Below, piece by piece: positions 46,915 to 55,955 of a DNA stretch of 64,000 nt (its first letter is position 1; the number at the start of each line of letters is the position of its first letter). The DNA is from an uncultured virus (IMG/VR IMGVR_UViG_3300042465_006787) (Duplodnaviria; Heunggongvirae; Uroviricota; Caudoviricetes). The stretch is taken from IMG/VR virus record IMGVR_UViG_3300042465_006787, one strand, 5' to 3'. A model generated the notes under the pieces. That model made no database searches, had not been told where the DNA came from, and saw only the letters and a program-made list of their open reading frames with translations. A program made the translations under genes and the position numbers.

Positions 46915-47805
46915 CTAAATAAATATCTGTTTTATTTCATTTAATACTAATTTTTCAACTTCTTTAGGTGAAAACCCGTGTTTTTTTGCAACTTCGTTAA
47001 TTGCTTCCTTTAAACCCTCTACTTCTGAAATAAACTCTAGTGAATTAATATCCCCTTGGTTACAATAAGGAAACTTTTTACATTTTTCCTTTACCGCAAC
47101 ATAAACACCTCCAGGACCACCCCACTTAGGAAAATTTTTATCTTTAACCGCTCTACTGTTTTTAATACTACTTGGTCCACCAATCTTTAATGGTGATTTA
47201 CCGCCAGCACCGAATGGTACATCATAAGCCCCGGATGATGAAGCGTCAGTAGCTTCGTCCATATCTTGCTCAACATTGTATTTCTTGCTGTTTTTAAGCC
47301 CAGAAATTGGTTTCTTTATAACTTTACCAAGACCTTTGTTTTTAGCGCCTAGTGGGGCTGAAAATGCTCCAGATGACGAAGCGTCGGTTGATTCTTTATT
47401 CTCTTTTTTCATAATATTTTTACTTTCTTCTATTGGATCTTCAACATCTATCTTATCCGCCGCATCTATTACCCATAGTTTTGGGTTTATGTTGTTTTTA
47501 ATCAAACCGGCTAACCTTGTGTTACCACCTACTAAATCGTAATAATCCTCGTATATTTTAACAGCTATCGGTATTTCAATAACACCTTTCTTAAAGTCCC
47601 TTTCAAAGCGTATTTTCTTATCTTTATCTAAATTTTCATAATCTAAATCAACATTACCTAATTGGTCTTTAATTGATTCATAATTTAAAATCTGAAAATT
47701 TTTACTAGCAAACTCAACCCACACCTTCTTTCCCATTTTTTTTAAAAATGAGTATCTACGTGCTTCATTCCATTCGCGGTTTAAATTTGGCTTAGTATAC
47801 TGCAT
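46915..47805 (-). CDS. Protein with ParB-like N-terminal motif and duplicated E(S/A)TDASSSGA(F/Y)xxP peptide
   Basis: PIAV...YDLVGGNTRL resembles ParB/Srx GxxR; internal duplication seen directly. Confidence 0.5.
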   Translation of the reverse strand: MQYTKPNLNREWNEARRYSFLKKMGKKVWVEFASKNFQILNYESIKDQLGNVDLDYENLDKDKKIRFERDFKKGVIEIPIAVKIYEDYYDLVGGNTRLAGLIKNNINPKLWVIDAADKIDVEDPIEESKNIMKKENKESTDASSSGAFSAPLGAKNKGLGKVIKKPISGLKNSKKYNVEQDMDEATDASSSGAYDVPFGAGGKSPLKIGGPSSIKNSRAVKDKNFPKWGGPGGVYVAVKEKCKKFPYCNQGDINSLEFISEVEGLKEAINEVAKKHGFSPKEVEKLVLNEIKQIFI

Positions 47806-48044
47806 TATTTAACGCTTTTAAGTGCTGATTCCCAGAAACCTTTTCTTTGCCATAAGGTTTTGAATAACTCAACAACAACTTTAGTTGACAACTCAACTAT
47901 CTTATCATCAATTTTTTTTGAACCTAGTTCTTTCTGAATGATTTTAATTACAATTTCGTGTGCCTTAGTTGTGTCTAAGAAATCCTTGATTTCCTTTTTG
48001 GCTATTTTTTCAATTTCCTTCTTATCGTCGTTACTTAATGCCAT
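47805..48044 (-). CDS. Hypothetical protein
   Basis: ORF track. Confidence 0.6.
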   Translation of the reverse strand: MALSNDDKKEIEKIAKKEIKDFLDTTKAHEIVIKIIQKELGSKKIDDKIVELSTKVVVELFKTLWQRKGFWESALKSVK

Positions 48045-48045
48045 T

Positions 48046-48558
48046 TTAATTGTTTTTTCTATTTAAAATGAAATCATTAGCGGAATCACTAAATGTGTGA
48101 TAGAATTTTTCAAGTTTATCCATTACTTGAATAACTTCCGAATCTAACTTAGTCATGTCGCAATTAACATAGACACCACTCTCAGATCCAATAACAAAAA
48201 CAAAACTAATGTCGTTGTCTGGTATTGTACCGTCTAATCTAACCTCATCTGTGGTGATGTTAAATCCCTCTTCAAATTCTGCTAATTCAGCTACTTGCTG
48301 ACGGAAATTATCAATTAATTGTGAAATTGCTTGTTTCTCTTCGTCTGAAATAATTAAATCTTTTTCATCGGATGAGTGAATTTTCACCTCAACGTCGTTT
48401 ATTACTGTGTAATCAACCCCATTATCTGGTGTTGGTTCAGTTTGTTGGATATCTTCTTTAAGGATTGACGATGTGTTTGACTTAGATTCGTTTAACGTTC
48501 TAAGTTTGTTTAACATCTTTTTTGTATCATCGTATCCCCAGTTCTGCTTGTTTGACAT
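48046..48558 (-). CDS. Hypothetical acidic protein
   Basis: ORF track; TATTTAT at 48602-48608. Confidence 0.6.
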   Translation of the reverse strand: MSNKQNWGYDDTKKMLNKLRTLNESKSNTSSILKEDIQQTEPTPDNGVDYTVINDVEVKIHSSDEKDLIISDEEKQAISQLIDNFRQQVAELAEFEEGFNITTDEVRLDGTIPDNDISFVFVIGSESGVYVNCDMTKLDSEVIQVMDKLEKFYHTFSDSANDFILNRKNN

Positions 48559-49153
48559 GTTCTTCGAATATATTAAAATTAAATGAAGGGTTTATATCAG
48601 TATAAATATTCGAGAAATTGGATTTACTTAATATTCCGCGGAACTTTTCACAATTTTCAATATAACCAGATGATGGTACGCAGTGATAGTTAATATCGTA
48701 CTCGACACAGAGTACCATACATAACTCCGCCAAGGAATTCATTTGAGGTTCGGTGTACCTATCCCAAAAACTATAATTGCGCCAATTCTTAATGTAGGGG
48801 TCGGCTCTATATGGGCTATTAATCCAATTAAAAAGTATACCAGTTACACTATGTTTATTTAACCAACCTAGATTTTCAATGGCAATTTTAATTTGCCCAT
48901 TATCTATTTTAGGTATCTTAAATGTGTTTGATGAATATTCTGGTTCAAATATTTTATAGATATTACCTAGTTTATCAATACAAAAATGGGGAATATCTTC
49001 ATATTTCCCATCCTTTCTATGTTTTAACATCATAATGTACTCATCTAACCGTCTATGAGTATCATGTAATAATATTTGTGTTTTTTTAGATTTTCTTTTT
49101 TTGATATTCAAAAGTGTCTTATCTAAAACCTCTACGTTTCGTATTTCTAACAT
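48527..49153 (-). CDS. N-acetylmuramoyl-L-alanine amidase (Amidase_2)-like protein, possibly degenerate
   Basis: ILLHDT, PHFCIDKLGNIY, IAIEN, YTEPQMNSLAELC, TDINP. Confidence 0.65.
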   Translation of the reverse strand: MLEIRNVEVLDKTLLNIKKRKSKKTQILLHDTHRRLDEYIMMLKHRKDGKYEDIPHFCIDKLGNIYKIFEPEYSSNTFKIPKIDNGQIKIAIENLGWLNKHSVTGILFNWINSPYRADPYIKNWRNYSFWDRYTEPQMNSLAELCMVLCVEYDINYHCVPSSGYIENCEKFRGILSKSNFSNIYTDINPSFNFNIFEEHVKQAELGIR

Positions 49154-50663
49154 TTCTAGGTATTATTTTACTTCCACCTCTTGGAAAAATAGAACCAAAA
49201 GGATTAAATTGTTCCGATTCTTCAATTGGTGATTCGTTTGTGTTGTCTTCGTAAGTTACTTGTGTTGGTGATTCATCATCAACTAATGGGATTGGGTTTT
49301 CACCGGATTCCCAATATAATGAATCGGTATCTCGATTTAATTGTGTTTCAGTAGGCGTTGGGGTTGGCGTAGGTGTTTCAACAATTTCAATTGATGATGT
49401 TATTTCTAGTTCATCTTTTTTTTTTAAATCATCTTCTTCTGTATCAATAACCTCATTAACGTCATTTAATATTTCGTTAATTGCTCGAATATCTATTTTA
49501 AAAGTTTCAACCTCTTCTGGCATTACAAATAATTCAGGAACTTGTTCTTCTGTTCTTAATTCCTGATTATCGACATCTTCAATAAGTTCATTTAATAAAT
49601 TAGAAATCACTTCTTCAGGAACCAACGTTTCTGTGGTATTATCTTGGAAAATATTCTCAGTTTCAGGTTCTATAATGGAAAAATTTACATGGATTTCTTC
49701 CTCTGTTGGTTCTTCTTGGAAAATATTCTCCGTTTCTTTTTCAGTAAAAAATGGTTCTTCATCTTCTAACCCATCCATTAGTGTTACATCCCAATCAGAA
49801 ATATCTTCTTCTGGTTCTTCTTCAACCAATTCTAAATCAACTTGTGGTTCAACAGGTGTTGGTATTGGATTTTCATATAATGGTTTACTATATTCATCCG
49901 TATACTCCACTTCTTTAGGGAACATACTTGCACCAGCATAAGGTTCTTCATCATATAAGCCCAACTCTTGGTCGTTCTTCATTATTTCCTTTAATAACTC
50001 ACCTCTTCTTTTGTGTTCTTCAGCCGCCTTCAATAACGCCTCGTTTGGTGGTGGTGAATTTAATAATGCCTCTTCAAGTATCTTTAAATCATTTTCAGAT
50101 AAATGTAATCTTGTTGTTTCATCGACAAAATCTTTTAACTGTTCGATTGTTTGTGTAGGTTCAACTGGTTTAGTTTCTTCTTTAGATTGAATAACTCTAT
50201 CTTCTTCTGTGAACTTAACCAACATATGTAAGAAAGATAAAGATATTATTGGTAACATGCCCCCAGCAAAAAACGCTAAAAATCTTTTATGACCAACAAA
50301 GTCAGTTGATTCAACCCCAGTTAATTCTAATAACGGGGAAACTAAACCCACCCAATCCTGGAAAGATTTTGAATCAATATCAATGTATGAATATGCAAAA
50401 AATACATTACCAATAAATTGAACTAGGGTAACAATTGCAAATGGGAAATACACCTTCTTGCCCATGTTTGCTGAGATGGCGGCTAATGCCGATAATGCTG
50501 CAATCTCAATACCTATTGAAAGATATATTGCCCAACTAATGGGATTTGATATCCCGTACCATTGGGTAACGTGAGATATTGAAACTATTGCCACAGTTAT
50601 GATTGGTATCAAAAACGCAGCAACAATTAATGTTTTATAATGTGTACTAAGCCAATGTTTCAT
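49119..50663 (-). CDS. Membrane protein (about 4 TM) with long acidic disordered tail
   Basis: Hydrophobic N-terminal 150 aa followed by an E/P/T-rich region. Confidence 0.65.
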   Translation of the reverse strand: MKHWLSTHYKTLIVAAFLIPIITVAIVSISHVTQWYGISNPISWAIYLSIGIEIAALSALAAISANMGKKVYFPFAIVTLVQFIGNVFFAYSYIDIDSKSFQDWVGLVSPLLELTGVESTDFVGHKRFLAFFAGGMLPIISLSFLHMLVKFTEEDRVIQSKEETKPVEPTQTIEQLKDFVDETTRLHLSENDLKILEEALLNSPPPNEALLKAAEEHKRRGELLKEIMKNDQELGLYDEEPYAGASMFPKEVEYTDEYSKPLYENPIPTPVEPQVDLELVEEEPEEDISDWDVTLMDGLEDEEPFFTEKETENIFQEEPTEEEIHVNFSIIEPETENIFQDNTTETLVPEEVISNLLNELIEDVDNQELRTEEQVPELFVMPEEVETFKIDIRAINEILNDVNEVIDTEEDDLKKKDELEITSSIEIVETPTPTPTPTETQLNRDTDSLYWESGENPIPLVDDESPTQVTYEDNTNESPIEESEQFNPFGSIFPRGGSKIIPRNVRNTKRRGFR

Positions 50664-50953
50664 TTAGATTCTTGTTCTTTTTTTAGATTTTCTTTAACGA
50701 TAAAATGTAATTCCATTAACTGCGGTCCTCTATCTTTTTGTGTAATCCAATTATCGTAAAAACTATGAATTGCGATTTTGTCATTTTTATGTGCAATATT
50801 GATACTATCTATTGTCGCAATATTTTTCTTTTCATTTTTTTCTAACTTAGTCACTTTACTTGAATTACTACAAGAGCGAAAGAAGAAAAAAAGTGTTAAA
50901 ACTACTAGTATTTGTAGTTTATACGTTTTAATTAAATCAATTAACTTTTTCAT
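50660..50953 (-). CDS. Membrane-anchored / possible lipoprotein
   Basis: ILVVLTLFFFFRSC. Confidence 0.55.
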   Translation of the reverse strand: MKKLIDLIKTYKLQILVVLTLFFFFRSCSNSSKVTKLEKNEKKNIATIDSINIAHKNDKIAIHSFYDNWITQKDRGPQLMELHFIVKENLKKEQESK

Positions 50954-50970
50954 GTCTTTAATTTTTACTT

Positions 50971-51801
50971 TTATAAATAGTTTAGGAGTCCAAAACTCTC
51001 GTTTCGCAATTTCTTAATTGCTTTATCTTTTAATTGTCTAATACGTTCTTTGGTGCAACCAAATTCTTCACCTAGGTCATCTAGGTTTCTTTCGGTACCA
51101 CACAAACCAAAATAACCCTCAATAATGGTTTTCTCTCTGTCATCTAGGATTGCTAACATATACTTCATCTTTTTCTTAATCTCATCAAGATTATTCATAG
51201 ATTCCATAGGGTCAATTGAATTAGGATTAGCAATAACTTCTATTAATGTGTCACCATCTTCATTTATTTCTTTATATAAATCAACTGTTGTTGGAATACC
51301 GATTAAAACATTATCATTGTATTCAATAAGGTAACTATCCTCTTCATTTTTTATTTTCTTTTGCTTTTGAATATCTTGCAAAACGTTTGACGGTATTCTT
51401 ATTGTTCTTGAATTTTCCGTTAACGACTGCATTATAGATTGTTTCACCCACCACACAGCATATGATATAAATTTAAAACCAGAAGTAACGTCAAAGCGAT
51501 CAATGGCTTTCATTAAACCAATATTACCTTCTGAAATTAAATCCAATAAATCCATTCCTTGATTTTGATACATCTTAGCAACGGAAATAACAAATCTTAA
51601 ATTACCTAAAATCAATTCTTCAACTAAAGCGTTTTTTTGTTCTTTGGTTGTCTCTTTGTTTTTAAACGCCATGAAAATTTCAAATTCTCTTTGCGCTTCT
51701 ATTACTGGGATTCTTTTTAAATCCTTGATGTAATATTTTAGTTCTTCGGTTTTAACCATTGGGCTGGTATTTTTCATTCGTTTTTGGGTTTTGTATAGCA
51801 A
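50971..51801 (-). CDS. Sigma-70 family RNA polymerase sigma factor (short RpoD/SigA type)
   Basis: NLRFVISVAK.Y, DLISEGNIGLMKA..RFD...GFKFISYAVWW, R.IRIP, TKERIRQLKDKAIKKLR. Confidence 0.92.
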   Translation of the reverse strand: MLYKTQKRMKNTSPMVKTEELKYYIKDLKRIPVIEAQREFEIFMAFKNKETTKEQKNALVEELILGNLRFVISVAKMYQNQGMDLLDLISEGNIGLMKAIDRFDVTSGFKFISYAVWWVKQSIMQSLTENSRTIRIPSNVLQDIQKQKKIKNEEDSYLIEYNDNVLIGIPTTVDLYKEINEDGDTLIEVIANPNSIDPMESMNNLDEIKKKMKYMLAILDDREKTIIEGYFGLCGTERNLDDLGEEFGCTKERIRQLKDKAIKKLRNESFGLLNYL

Positions 51802-51818
51802 TAGTACGATTTTTCCAC

Positions 51819-52256
51819 TTATTTTCCAAAATCATCCAGAAATTTTTTTTCTTCTAGTGTCAAGCTATCAATCCCCCCATTTTCAATCTTTTCTAAGATG
51901 TCATCTAGGTCGTGTTTTTGATTACGATTAGCCGTTATTTTAAGTTTAACATTCTCGTTTTCTAGGGGTTTAAATATGAAATCTTTGATGGTTTCAGGTA
52001 AAAATACGGATACCACTGACGCCCGTTCAAATAGAAAATAGAAGTTTATTTGCTCAATATCCAATAGATCCTCTAAATCAGAATCTAATTTATCCTTATC
52101 TTTATCCGATTCGAATATTATAATACAATTACCGTCCTTTTCAATGACGTATTTAACTCCTCTTTCAGATATTTGAGAGAAATGTTCGGTACAAAAGAAC
52201 TCGACGTCCTCGTGATCCTCAAAATTTGCATAAATAAACAATATGTATGTTACCAT
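51819..52256 (-). CDS. Hypothetical protein
   Basis: C-terminal LDDILEKI...GIDSLT.EEK.FL motif. Confidence 0.6.
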   Translation of the reverse strand: MVTYILFIYANFEDHEDVEFFCTEHFSQISERGVKYVIEKDGNCIIIFESDKDKDKLDSDLEDLLDIEQINFYFLFERASVVSVFLPETIKDFIFKPLENENVKLKITANRNQKHDLDDILEKIENGGIDSLTLEEKKFLDDFGK

Positions 52257-52299
52257 CTTACATAATATAACTATTTATTATAAATTAGTATATAATTTT

Positions 52300-52779
52300 A
52301 TGCCAAAAACAATAAAATTAAAAAGAAAACAGGTTCAAAACTTAGCTGAAAACCTATCTAAAGGACTTATCAATGAAAGTATAGGTAAGGATTTACTTGA
52401 TTTCAGAACCGATGTTGAGGTTGAAATTGAACATCCGCGCCAATATGATGGGCAAAGAATTTATAATGTTAACCCAATTGGTAAAATGAATATTGTCTAT
52501 GACCTATATATGACTTTAAGGGGTTGGGGGATTGATTCTATTGAAATAACCAATGTGCGCGGTCCTAGGGATATTGAAGTGGAAATTGAAGTTGAACCAT
52601 TAACCGATGATGGCGAAGATACATTTGAACACATTCTTCAATTAGATTGGAGTGAATATATAGTTGATAGTGAAGGTAGTAGGGATGTTCATTTAGGTAT
52701 TGAAAGAGTCACCCTATTATTGGACGAACATCTATTTGTGGTGGGAGTTACCTTACACCCTTGGAATTTTATTGAGTAA
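52300..52779 (+). CDS. Hypothetical acidic protein (possible head-packaged)
   Basis: Start moved to ATG 52300; TATTTAT at 52272-52278; N-terminal basic segment ending LINES. Confidence 0.6.
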   Translation: MPKTIKLKRKQVQNLAENLSKGLINESIGKDLLDFRTDVEVEIEHPRQYDGQRIYNVNPIGKMNIVYDLYMTLRGWGIDSIEITNVRGPRDIEVEIEVEPLTDDGEDTFEHILQLDWSEYIVDSEGSRDVHLGIERVTLLLDEHLFVVGVTLHPWNFIE

Positions 52780-52783
52780 TTAA

Positions 52784-53425
52784 TTACCTTCTTGTTTTTA
52801 TCTTAAAATAAACACCGCCGTCAACATATGGGGTAAATTTTCCGGTCGTCCCGTCTAAGATTCTGTTTGCCACACCAATACCTAGATGATATATCTTATC
52901 TTCTTTTGTTTTATACATTATACCAGTGCCAAGATGTGAAACTACATCAGGTTTACTTAAACTACCATTAAATCCAAAGTACATTTGACCTTTCTTAGGT
53001 TCTTTTGTGTAAACTGTGTCTTTAATAATCATTTGTTTAATGTCGCTAATAAACTTTCTGTTAACAATACTATTTTTAGATATTGTATCCATAATCGTAA
53101 TAGTCCCAACATTGTTAGGTAATGTTAGCACATCTTTATGTTGGATTTTCGCAAAATAAATCTTTAAAATTTCTGTTGTGTCAACTGGTGTTAATACCTG
53201 TACCTCTACTCTTTTTTCAACCTCTACCTCAACTGGAACCTCAATTTCAATTTCTACCTCAATTAAACTATCCACTGATATTGTATCGTGTACGGCATAA
53301 CCTATTGAATCAACCCTTGTGATTGTTCTATTTGGTAAATGCCCGCCTGGATTGTAAAAAGCCAAGAATAATAAAATTATTAAAATAACAATAATAAAAT
53401 TCTTGGCTGTTAAATGTTTTTTCAT
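52784..53425 (-). CDS. Membrane-anchored exported protein
   Basis: N-terminal TM; several D-[ST]-hydrophobic motifs; beta-strand-rich C-terminus. Confidence 0.6.
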   Translation of the reverse strand: MKKHLTAKNFIIVILIILLFLAFYNPGGHLPNRTITRVDSIGYAVHDTISVDSLIEVEIEIEVPVEVEVEKRVEVQVLTPVDTTEILKIYFAKIQHKDVLTLPNNVGTITIMDTISKNSIVNRKFISDIKQMIIKDTVYTKEPKKGQMYFGFNGSLSKPDVVSHLGTGIMYKTKEDKIYHLGIGVANRILDGTTGKFTPYVDGGVYFKIKTRR

Positions 53426-53426
53426 A

Positions 53427-53852
53427 TTACTTAATCAATAATATACTAGTAGCAATTATCCCGACATAAGTTCCAACTTTATATAAAAATGTTTTGGTTC
53501 TTTGCCCTTTAAGTTCTTTTAATAAACTTTCAGATTTTTGTCTTTCTAAACCAAACTGTTCATCTTTCTTAGAAATAATAACTTCTAAGTTTGTTATTTT
53601 TTGGTCTTTTAAAGTGTCTTTTTGTTTAAACAAACCAATTTGTTCGTCTTTTAGTGTTATTACTTTATTTAACTCAATAATTTCTAACTTAGCACCGTCG
53701 TAACGAAGCAAATCTTGAAATACTAATCTAGCAACTTTTGTTGTTATAGTAACTTTAGTAGTATCTAATACAATAACTTTAGTTGTATCTGTTTGCGAAT
53801 AACTGCTCAAGCTCAACATTACCAATAGTAGTAATAGAATTAACTTTTTCAT
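53427..53852 (-). CDS. Signal-peptide coiled-coil protein with C-terminal TM (spanin-like)
   Basis: MKKLILLLLLVMLSLSSYSQ signal; heptad-rich; hydrophobic C-terminus. Confidence 0.5.
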   Translation of the reverse strand: MKKLILLLLLVMLSLSSYSQTDTTKVIVLDTTKVTITTKVARLVFQDLLRYDGAKLEIIELNKVITLKDEQIGLFKQKDTLKDQKITNLEVIISKKDEQFGLERQKSESLLKELKGQRTKTFLYKVGTYVGIIATSILLIK

Positions 53853-54114
53853 CTGTGTTGTTTTTAATAATAGTTATGTTTTTTGTCACGTTGTCGATAT
53901 CTTTATCAACATTAACAATGTGATTATCAACTTTTTCGATTTGATTGTCTATTTCTTTGTTTGCAATATAAACCGAATCAATTTCCTTTTGTAAGGATTC
54001 AATTTTAGCGTTATAACCCGCAACGTCAGTTTTTATACCTTGATTTTGAAATATGGTATAGCCAGCCAAACAAGCAATCAAAACTAATAGGATGTTTGTT
54101 TTATCAATCTTCAT
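53779..54114 (-). CDS. TM-anchored coiled-coil protein (i-spanin-like)
   Basis: Start moved to ATG 54114; N-terminal TM, coiled coil, 74-nt overlap with the next gene. Confidence 0.5.
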   Translation of the reverse strand: MKIDKTNILLVLIACLAGYTIFQNQGIKTDVAGYNAKIESLQKEIDSVYIANKEIDNQIEKVDNHIVNVDKDIDNVTKNITIIKNNTDEKVNSITTIGNVELEQLFANRYN

Positions 54115-54136
54115 ATTATCTGTTTTATTATAAATA

Positions 54137-54160
54137 CAAAGAGGTCGCAAAAGCGACCTC
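54137..54160 (-). terminator. Intrinsic terminator
   Basis: GAGGTCGC-TTTT-GCGACCTC followed by TTTG. Confidence 0.7.
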
Positions 54161-54185
54161 AGAGTTAGACCTTGTGATTAGTTTA

Positions 54186-55025
54186 TTAGTATTTTGTGCC
54201 ACATTGTGGGCAGAACTTATATGTGTCTTTTTTCCTTCTACTGCCACATTCAGTGCAATATGTAGCCAAATCATCCATTGTTACCAATTGAGTTGATTTG
54301 GGTTTTATTTTCCACCAATTTGTGTTAGACGCCCAACTATTGAAAGATGTACTATCGTATGTAAAGGATTGATTAGAATTGGAACCCTTTTCAACTCTAC
54401 CTGTTTCAACCTGTCTTTTAGATTTTTTAACCTTATCGGGGTTGTTTAAGAATGTATTTGAGGTACTAAACGTTCCACTTGTTAAAGATGAATTGGAAGT
54501 ATAAACCGCATTTGTTCCCGTTGTTGTAATACTAGTAGGATTAAATGTATTCATACCTAAAGTATTATGTGTAGTGTAGGTAAATGGTGTCCCCGTGTTG
54601 TTTATCCAACCTGGGTTAGATATCGTTAACGTGCCTGAATTACCGCTATAATATGTCGGTGGAGGCGTTTCGTTATAGAACTTAATAACCACATCACCAT
54701 TATCAGCAATTGCTTCTTGTACTTCTAAATTATCACCATTTACAACATATGTTTCAAATAAAAACTTCTTTGCCTCATCAAGATATCTTTCGAGGAAAAC
54801 GCGTTCACCTGGACGAATTATAATACCATTACCAACGGCATTACCATTCATCTCAATTTTTGCTAAAACTTTATTGTGTGTTGGATTAAAAAGTTCGATT
54901 TCGAACTCATCACCGTTATTAAGATATACGGTGTCAATGTGCTGTTTTAATCTTTGTTTACCTTTAGTAATGAAAGATTGTGGTACAGCAAGACCAGTTG
55001 TGTTAACTGAAATTCTTCTGTTCAT
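54186..55025 (-). CDS. Hypothetical protein with C-terminal zinc ribbon
   Basis: Start moved to ATG 55025; CTECG...CPQCG; low-complexity T/N/S linker. Confidence 0.7.
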   Translation of the reverse strand: MNRRISVNTTGLAVPQSFITKGKQRLKQHIDTVYLNNGDEFEIELFNPTHNKVLAKIEMNGNAVGNGIIIRPGERVFLERYLDEAKKFLFETYVVNGDNLEVQEAIADNGDVVIKFYNETPPPTYYSGNSGTLTISNPGWINNTGTPFTYTTHNTLGMNTFNPTSITTTGTNAVYTSNSSLTSGTFSTSNTFLNNPDKVKKSKRQVETGRVEKGSNSNQSFTYDSTSFNSWASNTNWWKIKPKSTQLVTMDDLATYCTECGSRRKKDTYKFCPQCGTKY

Positions 55026-55142
55026 TTCCTTATATTTTTTTGTATTTGAACCCGAATTCGTTGGTATCAATTCCAACTCAAATGCCTCTGGGACACTTCG
55101 ACTTCAACCACAAGGTCTAGAAATAAATATAAGGGAATAAAT

Positions 55143-55173
55143 AAAAAAAGGGAAGTTAAAAACTTCCCTTTTT
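55143..55173. terminator. Intrinsic (potentially bidirectional) terminator after clpP
   Basis: AAAAAGGGAAGTT-AAA-AACTTCCCTTTTT. Confidence 0.8.
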
Positions 55174-55203
55174 GTTGAAACCAAAATGTTGAATAAATTA
55201 ACC

Positions 55204-55875
55204 CTATTTTCTTTTGACAACTTCGTCAATAATACCGTATGCTAAAGCATCTTCAGAACTCAACCAGAGATCCCTAGACGCATCTTGTTTAACTTGTTCA
55301 CCTGTTTTACCACAATAACCACCCAATAGGTCAAATAATGTGTTATTTAATTTATCCCACTCAACCATATCAATCTTAGCATCTTGAATGTTACCTCTAA
55401 AACCTCCAGATGATTGGTGTAACATTGTTCTTGAGAATCTCAATGAACCGCGTTTTCCCTTCGTTCCTGCCCCTAAAAGGATTGAACCCATAGATGCAGC
55501 CATTCCAGTATTAATCGTCCTAATATCGGACTTAATGTAATCCATAACATCAACCATTGATAAACCAGATTTAACGCTTCCGCCTGGGGTATCGATATGC
55601 ATAGTTATGTCATTAGTATCTAAACTGTCCAAGAACATTAACTGTGCTTGAGTTATAACCGACATATTATCATTAACCTCACCGGCCACCCAAATAATTC
55701 TTTCCATCATTAAACGTGAAAACACATCCATTTGTGTAACGTTCAGTTGTCTTTCCTCTAAGACGTATGGAGTTAAACTACCCTCAATATTTTTTTGATG
55801 ATAATGCATGTTTAAGGAACTAATTCCGCGGTCTTTTGCGTACAAACCGAAATCTTTGTAATCTTTGGGTGTCAT
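55204..55875 (-). CDS. clpP: ATP-dependent Clp protease proteolytic subunit
   Basis: DVFSRLMMERII, TPGGSV, GMAASMG (catalytic Ser), MLHQ (His), RDLW (Asp), YGIID. Confidence 0.95.
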   Translation of the reverse strand: MTPKDYKDFGLYAKDRGISSLNMHYHQKNIEGSLTPYVLEERQLNVTQMDVFSRLMMERIIWVAGEVNDNMSVITQAQLMFLDSLDTNDITMHIDTPGGSVKSGLSMVDVMDYIKSDIRTINTGMAASMGSILLGAGTKGKRGSLRFSRTMLHQSSGGFRGNIQDAKIDMVEWDKLNNTLFDLLGGYCGKTGEQVKQDASRDLWLSSEDALAYGIIDEVVKRK

Positions 55876-55899
55876 GGTAGATTTAATTTAGTATGGAAC

Positions 55900-55907
55900 A
55901 AATATAC
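55900..55907 (-). promoter_or_regulatory. TATATTTG Bacteroidota -7 promoter consensus upstream of clpP (coordinates +/-1)
   Basis: Exact TAnnTTTG match about 24 nt before the clpP ATG. Confidence 0.55.
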
Positions 55908-55955
55908 TTAAAAATCCCCGTAATAAAAAACAATGTTTTTCTAATATTTATTGTT

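Noticed and set aside
5149..55129. T4-type late promoter TATAAATA on the plus strand
   Set aside because: The matches point away from the adjacent genes; the motif tracks the coding strand as TATTTAT, including for the plus-strand genes at 52300 and 55956.
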